A program made the position numbers and the translations under genes. A DNA stretch of 64,000 bases from Paraspadella gotoi (lineage: Eukaryota > Animalia > Chaetognatha): NCBI GenBank assembly GCA_051294375.1, contig CM119271.1, forward strand, positions 11,935,620-11,999,619, given 5' to 3'. The notes beneath the pieces were generated by a model. The model worked only from the letters and a program-made list of their open reading frames with translations. It was not told where the DNA came from and did not search any database. This document shows positions 1 to 43,762 of this stretch, piece after piece (position 1 is the first letter of the stretch; each line of letters starts with the position of its first letter).

Positions 1-978
1 ATAATTTTTTTCTTTAATATAATTTTTTATTAGACTTGCTTTGACCAGCGACTTCACAGGTTCACAGATCGCCTTCACAGACTGACAGACCGACTATAAC
101 CGTTTCCAGTCGTTTGTAATTAAACGTAACAAAAATACATAAAGTTCGCAATAAATCTGGAACGTCATCCAACTTTCGGTACAAATTGAAAACAAAATCT
201 GGACGTTACTGAGCGCATTTATAAACACCGCGCTTCAAGGTAGTTACATCCTTTTAATTGTTCTTTTAAGTATTACATACGTGCATTGTTTATCGTACAA
301 ACTAAATTAAAATTAAAAAAATAGCCATGGGCGCTCGCGGCGGCTAAATGGTAAAACATAAAACCATTACACTTTTTTTTTACAAAAGAGCAACAGGATC
401 TCTGCAGTAAATTGATTTGGCTTCGGCGCAAGTTTATTTCGGAAAAAAAGAAAACCGACTTTTCCATTTTGGCAAAAAAATATTTTTCCCTCAAAAAATA
501 AAAATAAATAAAGATTTGTAGCCAAAAAAAATTGTGATTTCTTAGCCCAGGTGAATATGAAAAATTGTGTTTAGGATCTAAACAAAATAACAATCAATGA
601 ATTATAGTGAACAACAGTCTACTCACATATATATCGAGTGAATTTAATTTGTTTTCAAAATGTTTGACCAAAGATAAACAATAAATGACCTCGGCAGTGC
701 ACACTGCACAGTGCACACAGTCGTCCACTGCTTTTAAAAAAGTCGGAAATGAGTTTAGCTCAGCTTAACTCGAGTCTCTCCTTTGCAGCTCAAACACTTC
801 TGGGCGAAGAGGAATTCCCCCGAGCGTTTTTTTTTACGTTTTGTTTTTTTTTTTTCCGTTCCTTCCCTTTTTTTTGAAGGGACGAGGATGTGTCTTCGAC
901 TTAAAGGGATCCCTGGTATGCGGTTTAATCGATCTTTCGTTCCGAGCCGGTTTACGGGGCCCACCTCCCTCTCGTAGG

Positions 979-1028
<50 letters not shown>

Positions 1029-1169
1029 ATTCCTCTGTCTATTCCCCTTTCAAAAAATTGGCCGAGGGCCCCCATCGAGCATCTTTTTCCTCATAAACAG
1101 GGTCCCCCTCTCGGCGAACACCTGTTTCGCATCCCCACCCCGCCCCGAGAGAAAGGATGAAAAAAATTC

Positions 1170-3406
1170 TTGGGCAGGCAACGTCTCGTCTCTTTCTCTC
1201 TCTCTCTCTCTCTCCTCTCCTCTCTCTCTCTCTTTCTCTGTCTCTCTCTCCTCTCTCTCTCGTCCTTCTCTCTCTCTCTCATCCTCTCGTTTCTCTCTCA
1301 GTCTCGGGCGCGATTTTTTAACCTTGTACTGAATAAATTTAAAAAAATAACTTTAAATAACTTAATAAAAAAACATTATTGTTATCGAATTTATGTGAGA
1401 ATGAAAAGCGATTTCCGAACGGCGGTGAGCAATTATAATTAATCTAATTAATTTTAATTAATTTAATTAATTTAATCTTAAATAATTTAATTAACTAAGA
1501 ATGGCGTGTCAAATTCCTTCAACGATTTTTCTTGTTTTTTTGTCCGACAGAAAAATCAAAAATGAGACGAATTCTTTCTTTTTAACTCATCTCTCTTCCT
1601 CTTCATCTCTCACTAGCCGCTCGTCTCGGCAAGCCCTTATTTTTCATGTTTTTTTTTTTAGAGGGCATGGTCTCCTTGGTATCTGCTAATGCCAACCGAA
1701 GGATCGGAACCGGCATGTCTTCCCAATATCGTTTTGTTTCCAGGTAATTAAAAATCCTTCTCGCTCCTTCTCTCTCTCTCTCACTTTCTCATCTCTCTCT
1801 CTCCCTGAGCCCCACATTCATCAATAATAGTGGACATGCAGCTAAAAAATGTCCCGATCCAAACCGAAACGACAAATAATAACGATGAGTAAATAACATT
1901 GTGTAAAATTTAACCTAATCAATTAAAATCGATCATTTGATAAAGTTTTGAAAATAAAAACCCACTGCAACCCAGACCGAAAATTACGTTAAATATTTTT
2001 TGTATAAATAGTACTTATTACGTCAATTCAGATTTTATTGTTTTCTTCTCTATATTGGTCGAGATATAATGAAAGACGTTTTTGAGTATAGAGAAATTAT
2101 TATATTTCCTTTTTAAAAAAGATTTTTCTGTTAAAACAAAATTCACTAATGATGGTATTTAATTCTCTTTCTTGCCATTCTGTCACTCTTGGTCGTTGTC
2201 ATTGTTAGTCGTCAGACAGTTTCTTACGCAGTGTCATCGTCTTCGTCATCATCTCTGGGATAGTCGTCGCATTAATCATTGTGATAACTGTCATCATTGT
2301 GAGAGTGGCATCATGAATGTTTGACTTGATGTTACTCGTCTTTCATATTTGTCATCACCGCATCGAGTGTAGTTCGTCACCTGGGTCAGTATTTGGATGG
2401 AGGTAATGGGCCTGGACTTTACGTACATCTATGCCCCGTCAGAGCCAAGGAACGGTCCTGGGGCTTGGAACCGAAGCCAAGGGGGTTTACGGCCGTCCTC
2501 ACGCTCCCGCAGGGATAGTGTACCGGTTAGGTTGAACCCCATACCTAATAGATCATGAGCTTATACCAAATGAGCACCGGGTCAGCAAAAGGAGTCAGGC
2601 CTATAGGCTGGGTGAACTGTTTGCAATGCCGACTACAGTAATATTTTTGTAGAAATCAGTCTTTGTTGTCGTTGTCATCGATCCGTTTACGGACAAGTCT
2701 CTTCGGAGGCGTGGGTTCGAATTCCCACCGCGCCGACCACATTTTAAGGAAGAACTCATGGATTTCTAGGAGAAATCAAGGAGCAGATTTTATCTCTGAG
2801 ATTAATAAGGTGACCGGTGAGACACGCGCAGGAGTCCAGATCAATTCTACGAAACTAGAAAGCTATTTAATATATATTATATAACAGTCTATTTATATCT
2901 AGAGAGGAGGATCCGANNNNNNNNNNNNNNNNNNNNNNNNNAAAACAAAACAATTTAAGAGAGAGAGAGAAAAAAGAAACGCCACACGAAACAAAAAAAA
3001 AATTAACCGTAAAAAGAGAGAAAAGGAAAGGAAAGGGCGAATGATTCGTAACGGGTAAGTCGAGATGAGCATTAGGTAAGTTCATCAAAAATGCGTAACA
3101 TGTTAGGGATTTATTTTGTAAAAGGGCTCTCTATATTTCCTTAAATGGGTTAATTTATAAAGTTAGAAGTTGGGTTAGCGGTTAGGGTTAGGGTGAGATA
3201 TTATCGATCACGTAAAGGGTTTGGTTAATGATCATTGATCAGGGTTAGTTAGAGGGTTATGGTTTTTTAAAGAGGTTAGGTTCATATTTCATATTTGACC
3301 GTTGAAAAAAAAAAATTCGTACCGTCGAGAATAAAATGTTTAGACATGTAGTCAAAATCGACCATCGAAAATATGACAAAAATTGTCCAACTCGGCCTCT
3401 GGGCAG

Positions 3407-3446
<40 letters not shown>

Positions 3447-3866
3447 CAACGCGCGATTTTTTAACCTTCGTACTGAATAATTTAAAAAAATAACTTTAAT
3501 AACTTAATAAAAAAACATTTTGTTAAGTTCGAATTTATGTGAGAATGAAAACGATTTTCCCGAACGGCGGTGTGAGCAATTTAATTAATCTAATTAATTT
3601 TAATTAATTAATTAATTTAAATCTTAAATTAATTAATTAACTAAGAATGGCGTTCAATTCCTTCAACGATTTTCTTTTTTTTTTCGTCCGAAAGAAAAAA
3701 TCAAAAGAACGAATTCTTTCTTTTTACTCTCTCTCCCTCTCTCTCTCTCACTCCCTCATTCGCAGCCCTTTTTTCATGTTTTTTTTCGAGGGGCATCGTC
3801 TCCTCTGTATCTGCTAATGCCCCGAAGGACGAACCGCATTCCTTCCCATTCGTTTTTGTTCCGGTT

Positions 3867-3913
<47 letters not shown>

Positions 3914-4980
3914 GAGCCCCAACTCATCATAATAAGTGACAATCAGCTAAAAATGTCCCGACTCAAAACCGAACGAAATAATAACGATGAGTAAATAAAC
4001 ATTGTGTAAATTTAATAATCAATTTAAAATCGATCATTTGACAAAGTTTTGAAAAAAAAACCCACTCAAACCCAGACCAGAACAATTACGTAATTATATT
4101 TTTTAAAAAAGTACTTATTACGCAATTCAGTTTTTTGTTTTCTTCTCTATTTGGTCGAGATATAATGAAAAGACTTTTTGAGTATAGAGAAATTATTATT
4201 TCCTTTTTAAAAAGATTTTTTCTGTTAAACAAAATTCACTATGATGGTATTTAATTCTCTTTCTTCCATTGTTGTCATCTTCGTCGTTGTCATTGTTGTC
4301 GTCAGACATTATCTTCGTCAGTGTCATCGTCTTCGTCATCATCTCTGGGATAGTCGTCATTATCATTGTGATAACTGTCATCATTGTGAGTGGCATCATG
4401 AATGTTGACTTTGATGTTACTGTCTTATCATCTTTGTCATCACCGCCATCGTGATAGTTTCCATCATGGTCAGTATTGTGGATAAGGGGCTAACATCTAT
4501 GCCCCGTCAGCAGCCAAGGAACGGGTCCTGGGCTTGGAACCAAGCCCCAAGGGGGTTTACGGCCGTCCTCACGCTTCCCGCAGGGTAGGTACCGGGTTAG
4601 GATTGAACCCCATACCTAATGATCATGAGCTTTACTCAATGAGCCACCGGGTCACAAAAGGAGTCAGGCTTATAGGCTGGGTGAACTTTTGCAATGCCCG
4701 ACTACAGTATCATTTTTGTCAGAATCGTCTTTGTTGTCGTTGTCATCGTCCGTTTTACGGACAAGTCTCTTCGGAGGCGTGGGTTCGAATCCCACCGCTG
4801 CCACCACATTTAAGGAAAACTCATGGATTTCTAGGAGGAAATCAAGTGGAGATTTATTCTGAGATAAATAAGGTGACGGTGAGACACGCGCAGGAGTCCA
4901 GATCAATTCTACTGAAACTAAGGAAAGCTATTTATATATATATTTATAAAGTCTATTTATATCTAGAGAGGAGGATCGAA
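1170..4980 (+). other. Two copies of a ~1.6-kb segment (~1170-2915 and ~3400-4978) on either side of an assembly gap (N 2917-2941)
   Basis: The copies differ mostly by scattered 1-bp indels and the first ends exactly at the N run, typical of an unmerged low-quality contig end. Confidence 0.8.
4510..4706 (-). mobile_element. Family D copy
   Basis: Reverse complement aligns to 42011-42235, including the leader TAGTCGGGCATTGCA. Confidence 0.75.
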
Positions 4981-5028
4981 GGCAAGAGTTGTTTTGACAG
5001 TTCCATTGATTCTGCAAGCTGATTGGTC
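4764..5028 (+). mobile_element. Family A: tRNA-Leu 3' half with CCA fused to an antisense LTR-like unit
   Basis: AGTCTCTTCGGAGGCGTGGGTTCGAATCCCACCGCTGCCA-CCA (4764-4806) plus a ~220-bp body ending CTGATTGGTC. Homologous to 35461-35719 and to the duplicated copy at ~2697-2915. Confidence 0.75.
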
Positions 5029-5716
5029 GATGCCGATTCTTCCTTGACCAATCACGATCCAGTGATTCCGATTTCACTTGAGGTGAGGCTGAGTCTCCTG
5101 CGACGTCATCGTCAATTCTGTGGTCGTCATTTATTTCATCGTCGTCATCGTTGTCATGATATTGGATGTCATCATCGGTGTCATCGTCGTTGTCATTGAT
5201 TTCGTCTTTGTCATTCTTTTATCAACGTCAGTGTCGTCGTCGTCGTCGTCGTCATTTTTATTCGATTTGTAAATATCGAGCAAGATTCGTCAAGTTGAAT
5301 CTCTAATTCATTGTGTTCGTCCGCTCGTCTCTTTACCAGATTAACAACGGGAGAAAATAAAAATCGTTAGCTAAATTCGTCTCCCCCCCGTTTCAATCAA
5401 ATTTTAACTAAATTAGTAATACTAATAGGCTTAAATCTCTTCGTTAAAAAGTTGACGACTTCAATTTGAAAGAGAAAAAAAAAAGTTTCGTACGTAAGCG
5501 GCGATTCGAAAAAAATTCTCGTGAGTGCAGGGGAAACCACGGTCGTCTTTTATTTTTTTAATACTTTGTCTCTGTCTCTGTCTCTCTCTCTCTCTTGACT
5601 GAATATGTCAGGCTGTCTCTATGTCCTGTCTCTGTCTGTCTGTCTTCCTCTAAAACTCTCTCTTTTCGTCTCTCACCCTAATTTTCTCTTTCTCTCTAAC
5701 TTTCTTTCCTTTCCAA

Positions 5717-5832
<116 letters not shown>

Positions 5833-6294
5833 TGGCGCAGATCCGGGAGCAGCTTCGTCTTGATTCTTTCCGTTTAAAACTACACTTTCCTTCGACAGAA
5901 GACAAATTTTTATTAATTAACTATATTTATAATTATAATAATTAATAAAGTATACATATTGTATAGCCAATGGAAAAAAAGTCATTACGGTTAATAATTT
6001 ATTAATTTAGTAGTAGTCAAAAACAAAAAATCACATACAAGTTCAAACTTACAGTTTTACAATTGAACAAGATATACCTCAAAGTTTAATTCATTCTATT
6101 TGTATAATAATTAAAAAGCGTGAAAATGTTTATCATAGTTTTAAAACGTTATACAAACGTTACTATAGTCGTTATTCCTGAACACCCTGTTAAAATCATT
6201 TTGTACGGATATGACGGTCGCCAATTTTGACACACTTTGCTACACGTGACAAATCCGTAGTTTTTTCATACTTAAAGTTTTAAACTCTTTAATC

Positions 6295-6465
6295 TGAGAA
6301 AGAAAGAGAAATAAAACTGGAAAGAAAGAGAAATAAACTTGAAAAAAAAGAGAAAGAAAACTGGAAAGAAATAGAATGAAAACTGGAAAGAAAGAGAAAG
6401 AAAACTGGAAAGAAAGAGAATAAAAACTGAAAAGAAAGAGAAATAAAACTGGAAAGATAAAGAAA
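6295..6465 (+). repeat. ~22-bp purine-rich tandem repeat (AAAGAAAGAGAAATAAAACTGG)
   Basis: About seven head-to-tail degenerate units. Confidence 0.85.
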
Positions 6466-6740
6466 AAAAGGCAGCTGACAAAAAAAAAGGGAGAATTGGA
6501 GAAAAAATCGAGAAATATAGAAATGAAAGAAAATGAAAGAAAGTGAAAAAGAGAGAAAAAAAAAATAGAAAGATTTTTCTGGTTCGTAAATCGAAACTCG
6601 TTAATTTTTATTTTGATCGATTTTTTTGGCGAAAGACTTTTCACAGTTAAAGGTCACTCTCCAAAATCGACGGGAAAAATATTCCTAATCAAATTTTTAT
6701 CAATGTTTTATTTGCCATGGCGGAGGGAAAAGAGAGAGAG

Positions 6741-6793
<53 letters not shown>

Positions 6794-6876
6794 AGAAGCG
6801 CCATGGATTTAGAGACGAGAAAATACGACATTTCTATTTTCTTTCTTTCAATTTAAAAGAAAATATACTACTCTCT

Positions 6877-6933
<57 letters not shown>

Positions 6934-8245
6934 CTCTTTCTCAGTGTGTGTGACGATTTCACATTTAAACTTTCAGCGATCGATTCATTGCAAAGGGAAC
7001 AATTTTTTTTAACCGAAACTAAAGTAAAAAGAGTATTGTTTTTTGTTGTTTTTTTTTTGCCACGTAAACCGAAAAGACTTTCGTAGCGAATGGAATCAAA
7101 ACTTTAAACTAAAAGTTAAAAAATAAATAAACAACTAAAAATTCATTAACGTCTCATTTGGAACTGAAACTGTTTTAAAAAAAAAACATTAAAGTCGCCG
7201 ACAAAGTCTCAAAATTTGGTTTATTACACATTTTTATTATATTTTTTACAATTGGCGCATCTAGGTTTTAACAAAAAAAATATGAATCGTCTTTATTTCC
7301 CTTTCAAAACTTGAAAGAGGCAAGTATGATGACGAGCTACGTTTAAATATATATATTTTTGCAATCATAAAAGAGACAGTAAAGTTAAACTGACGTTTAT
7401 TGGAATCAGAGAACGAAGGAGCAGACCCCGAAGACAAAGGTTCGAGACTCAGTCGTAAGTGAGATTCTTTTGTCCGTTTATCCACTGGAGTTTTAAACGA
7501 ACAAAGATTATAAAGAACATTTTCAATTTTTACATTATTTATTTTAGTTTTTATATATTTTTTAGTTTTATTAATAAAGAAAGAGGACCAAAAAATAGGC
7601 ACGTTTCTTTTTATGTTATATTTCCAACGTAAAAAAGTTTTCAATGTAAATGTAAATACATTTTCGTGGGCGTTAATACATTTTAAATTGATATAGTATA
7701 GTATAATATAGTATAGTATATTATTCCATGTTCATTCGCTTAAAAGAAAAAACTAGAGAAAAAAAATGATATAAACTCTAGAATAAAAAAAACAAAAAAA
7801 AAAACAAGAAAACAACTAAAATAACAAACATTACAAACATAACAAATAGTAGAAACGAAAAAAAAATAAACAAACAAAACTACTCAAAACAAAACAGACC
7901 AAACAACTAACACAAAGAACAATAACAAAACAAAACAAAAGCAACAAAATAATCTCAATAAAACCATCAACACAAATAAATTAAAAAGCAAAACAAAACA
8001 AACATACAAAATTAAAACAAAACAAATAAAATAAACCAACCAAATAAAAAACAAAACAAAGACAAAAACAAACAAACAATAAAACAAAAACAATAAAAAA
8101 CAAACAAATAAGCAAAACACAAAACTAAGACAAAAAAACAAAAAACAAACTCCCTCAAACAAATACACTGACAGAACTCTTCTCCCCCCCAAATCCTTTA
8201 CCCCCCTCCTCCTCCTCCTCCTCCTCCCCTTTCCACAGATGTTCG

Positions 8246-39902
<31,657 letters not shown>

Positions 39903-42010
39903 AGTGTGGTTGAGGGTGGTGGAGCCGGGTGGGAGGGCAGATGGAGCCCTCGAGTCCACGCGCCGAGAGAAATAGATCTTCAAACTATTTTCTTTTCTTT
40001 AAATCCCTCACCCCTGTATTTTTTTTTATTAAGTGAAACAGATAGAATCTTTTTTCTCTCTTGTTATAGCTTTACGATTATAATACTTTTGGAAATCGTC
40101 CGTAAATGCGAAATCTTTTTTTTTTACGAAAACGAAATGCGTTTTAAGAGATTTTATACGACGGTACATACAACTTGAAAGTGAAGTATTGTAGTAATTT
40201 CTATGAAATGTTTGTAACCCAGCTGGAACTGGTATCGGCCCTATACTGCGTTCGCATTAAGATGAGCACAAAAACCGAGAAGGGGACAATTAAAAAAAAA
40301 AAAGATAACCCCCCGCCCCGAGTTCCCCAATAAAAGATTTAATAGAGATGGATTAGGAATTTTCTCTGGGTCAGCTACGCGACTACAAGAAGAGAATGAA
40401 TGAATTAAAGCAAAATTTTAGAACCAAGTTAAAAAATCACTTTTTTCTTAAATAATAAAAGGTTTTGTAATTTTTTTATTTGAAATAAATTATACAATTA
40501 TACTAATTAAATATTTGCTTTCTTAATTTTTTTTTTAAAAGAGAATTTCTCTATATTGATGAAAAAAAAGGAGCAATGATTTCAAAATTGTGAACATCCC
40601 TTATAATAAAAGAATCACTAAATTTGTTTCTATCACACGCAAAATTTTCAAGAAAATAAAAATAATCTGAAGAAATTAAAATTATTTTTTTATTTCATAA
40701 CCGATGGACTCTTCTGCGTATTGTGAGAAAAAAGCCTCATAGAAAAAATCAAAGTAGCTGCCCACGAGGACTTTCTGATTGGAGACTTCTTAACTCAAGA
40801 ACTGACTGAAATTGAAAAATAGTCTAGTCATCAACATAACCTTTCCCCCCCCCTTCCGACTGTTTAGGTTCTACGTTGCCTTTATATTTCTGAAAAAACC
40901 GACTATTTTGCTTCATTGTCATTACTCAGATATTTTTGCATTCATATTTTAAATTCGTGATTGATATATCTGTTTTTCTCTTCCTGTGAATCCTTCATAT
41001 GTTTTTCAGTAATTTAAACCAAAATTAAACCTTTGTTTATAAACATATCACCTCCCTGTAATATCCTTAATGTCACGCTTAAGGAAATATCCCCGTCGAG
41101 ATTTTATAAAATAATAAAATTCAGCACAACTTAGATGAATAATATTTTTTAAAAAACTTGGTTTAATGAATGTAAACAAGCTTGTAGTGAATTAAAATAA
41201 TATTTAGTAAGAGTTTTTATTTTTTCCGAGTGATTTTCTAGTGCTTTCCGAAATCTATTGTCACATGATGTAGTTTCACCACACCATTCGTGCATTAAAC
41301 GTTTTGGTGAAGTATTTTACATGTTTCCCAGATTCATGTGACTTCGTTTAATAATTCTCCTTAATTTTTCCCATTTTTTTTTCAAAATGAAAAAAACAAA
41401 TTTCGAGATTGTCTTTTTGACCAGGAACTTGTAAACTGGGTGCATGATTCTAAGTCTAACGAGTTTGGTTCTAGTGGTAGATATCATGTTATTAACTATT
41501 AATGCTTTTCATTAAATACGTCATTTACTTTATTATCTGGCTAAAGAGAAAAAGATGGCTTTCCTCATAGTGACTTAATTCTATATTTCTATATTAACCT
41601 TATTGTATAATGTATATCTAGATGTGCAATATTATTCTTTTTTTTCCACTCATCCTAGAAAATTATTTTAGTAAATTTTCTCTATTACATCTGTTTTTGA
41701 CGAATCTCGAATTAATACAAGAAATTGTTTCTCCAAAGATATCCAAATAGATGGGCATGTAATAGAAGACTGCATACAAAAAAGATAGCTCACTAAACAG
41801 ATTTACTCTATTTCAGAATGCTTAACTATATGGCGGAAATAGATGCAGTTTTATGTTTTAGATTTGATTCGTTAATAATCTTCATTAATATATTTTCAGA
41901 AAGTCCCTTTTATCTTTGTTCAAAAATTATTTCTCCAGAATAAATATGTAAGATAACGTCCGTGTTTTCGGACTGTCCAGCTATCAATCGGAAAGAAATA
42001 CACGGATAAC

Positions 42011-42240
42011 TTTAGTCGGGCATTGCATAAGTTCACCCCGCTTATAAGCATGACACCTTCAGTCGTGACCCGGTGGCTCATTGAGTAAAGCCATCAGCTC
42101 ATGACCACTAGGTACCGGGTTCAATCCCAACCCGGTACCTATCCAGTGGGAAGCATGAGGACGACCGTAAGCCGCCTTGGGAGCGTAGAAAACCCTCAAG
42201 CCTGGTTCCAAGCCCAGGACCTGTTCCATGGCTGCAAGAG
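42011..42240 (+). mobile_element. Family D: repeat with tRNA(Met)-like head and a conserved upstream leader
   Basis: GACCCGGTGGCTCATTGAG (A box), CTCATGA, GGTTCAATCCC (B box) at ~42067-42139; body CCTGGTTCCAAGCCCAGGACC. Other copies: ~4510-4706 (-), ~2440-2637 (-), ~61805-62030 (-), 9036-9112 (+, partial). Confidence 0.75.
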
Positions 42241-43115
42241 GGGGTTTAAGAAGTTGCGGATAGTCCTCTTCGGCACCACACTGGTGAGCCCATCCTGTCG
42301 AGCGTATTCCATCCTTCTGATTCCAGGCCCATGGACTTGCTGAAAATTGCTCCCCTCCCTCCACTCTGACCGAGAATCGGTTCAGACCAAATTTTATACG
42401 ATTTTGCGTACAGTATTCAAATGGAACTATCGAGGCGATTATTAATATTTTACCCCTGAGCTATGAAACAGAGCCAGGGGGGCAAAAAATTATCATAATT
42501 TTTAAAAAAATGTCTTAACTTTGTAGAAAAACCATTTAATAAATTTTAATTAATCTTTATTCCTTTGAATAAGCTTAGTCCATCGTTTAAGATCTATATT
42601 TTGCTCGCCAGGTGAAAGCTGGCATGAACCTCTTATGGTTGATCCTGGAAATAAATCAATATTTTTTTTTTTTTACAATAATAGATGTACTTTTCTGAAG
42701 AAATAAACGTTTCTGCTGAGGCGACCTACGACCGGTCTCTCTCTCCTATTTTCGTCTTCTACACTGCCACGTTTCGGGATAAAAAAATTTTGCCAACCTG
42801 GGCTGAGCCCTTAACCTAAGGCACCATATCTCGGGTCATAGGCCAAATTTCAAAAATCCCCTCGATAGTCCCATTTCTTTTGCCCTAAAATAAGTTGATG
42901 CAAAATTTAATCAATATCGATCTAGTCGTTTAATCGGAGCCGATTCTCGGTTCCAAAAATTATTATGAGACTAATACGAAACCTTCTGTAAATGATTTAA
43001 TTGAATGTTGATTTGAAAATGAATCGACAATATGCAAATGAACATGATTGCAACTATGATTGTGTGGAGGAATATTCACACCGCCTCACGTCCATCATCG
43101 TTCAGCCAATCCCAT

Positions 43116-43302
43116 CACACCATCCCAGGCGTTGTGTTCCATCCACAGTCCTAACGACTTCCCTCTGCGTTGGCAAAGCGAGACCGTTCTAGGGTAACCG
43201 CGCCAGTGACTGGAGTCGTCACTGAGGGTCGAAAGCCCCCAAAGCCAACAGTTAGATGCCCCGTCCCAATGGGCATCACATGCAACCCCGCTGTTGCCAT
43301 AA
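43116..43302 (-). repeat. Family E copy
   Basis: Aligns to 35195-35373. Confidence 0.8.
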
Positions 43303-43762
43303 TTGCAACTTTACTTGAAAATTGAGAGGGGAAAAACTGCTAAAATTTATTTCTAATTATTTGTAGTCGATAGGGAAATCATTACAAAAATATTATTTTC
43401 CAGCTTTGTATTGATAAAAGTATTAAAGTTATTACAAATGTAGTTTTACACGTTGAATAGAAATTAAACTTTTCCGAAAAATCTTTTATTTTAGGCACGT
43501 ACCCTTGCGAAGTGGCACGACATCTTCCAAAACAGTTTAATAACAAAATAAACTAAGCCCATAACTGTAGCAGTTACGTTGAATAAGGAAAAAAAATAAA
43601 AACTAAAAAAAAAAAACGAGATCTCTGGACTAAAAAATAAAATCTTTAAAACTTGCCAGATTTAAAAAAAAGTAGTTCGGACTTGATTTATGATAATATA
43701 ATTCCTAGAATGAAAAATCGACGGGAGATTGCAGGCCCAGGCCCTCTCTCCACCCGCCCGTC

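Noticed and set aside
1170-2915. Real tandem segmental duplication
   Set aside because: It ends at the N gap and differs by noise-like 1-bp indels, so it is most likely an unmerged contig overlap.
3170-3290. Interstitial telomere (TTAGGG-like; also ~30105-30180, ~34285-34350, ~48505-48555)
   Set aside because: Only one to three exact units in degenerate patches; too short to indicate a chromosome end or fusion.
4764-4806. Functional tRNA-Leu gene
   Set aside because: Only the 3' half is present (no D arm, A box or anticodon) and CCA is encoded.
4265-5345. Asp-rich coding exon on the minus strand
   Set aside because: Frames are broken, two repeat insertions interrupt it and no splice sites are convincing; best read as a degenerate trinucleotide tract.
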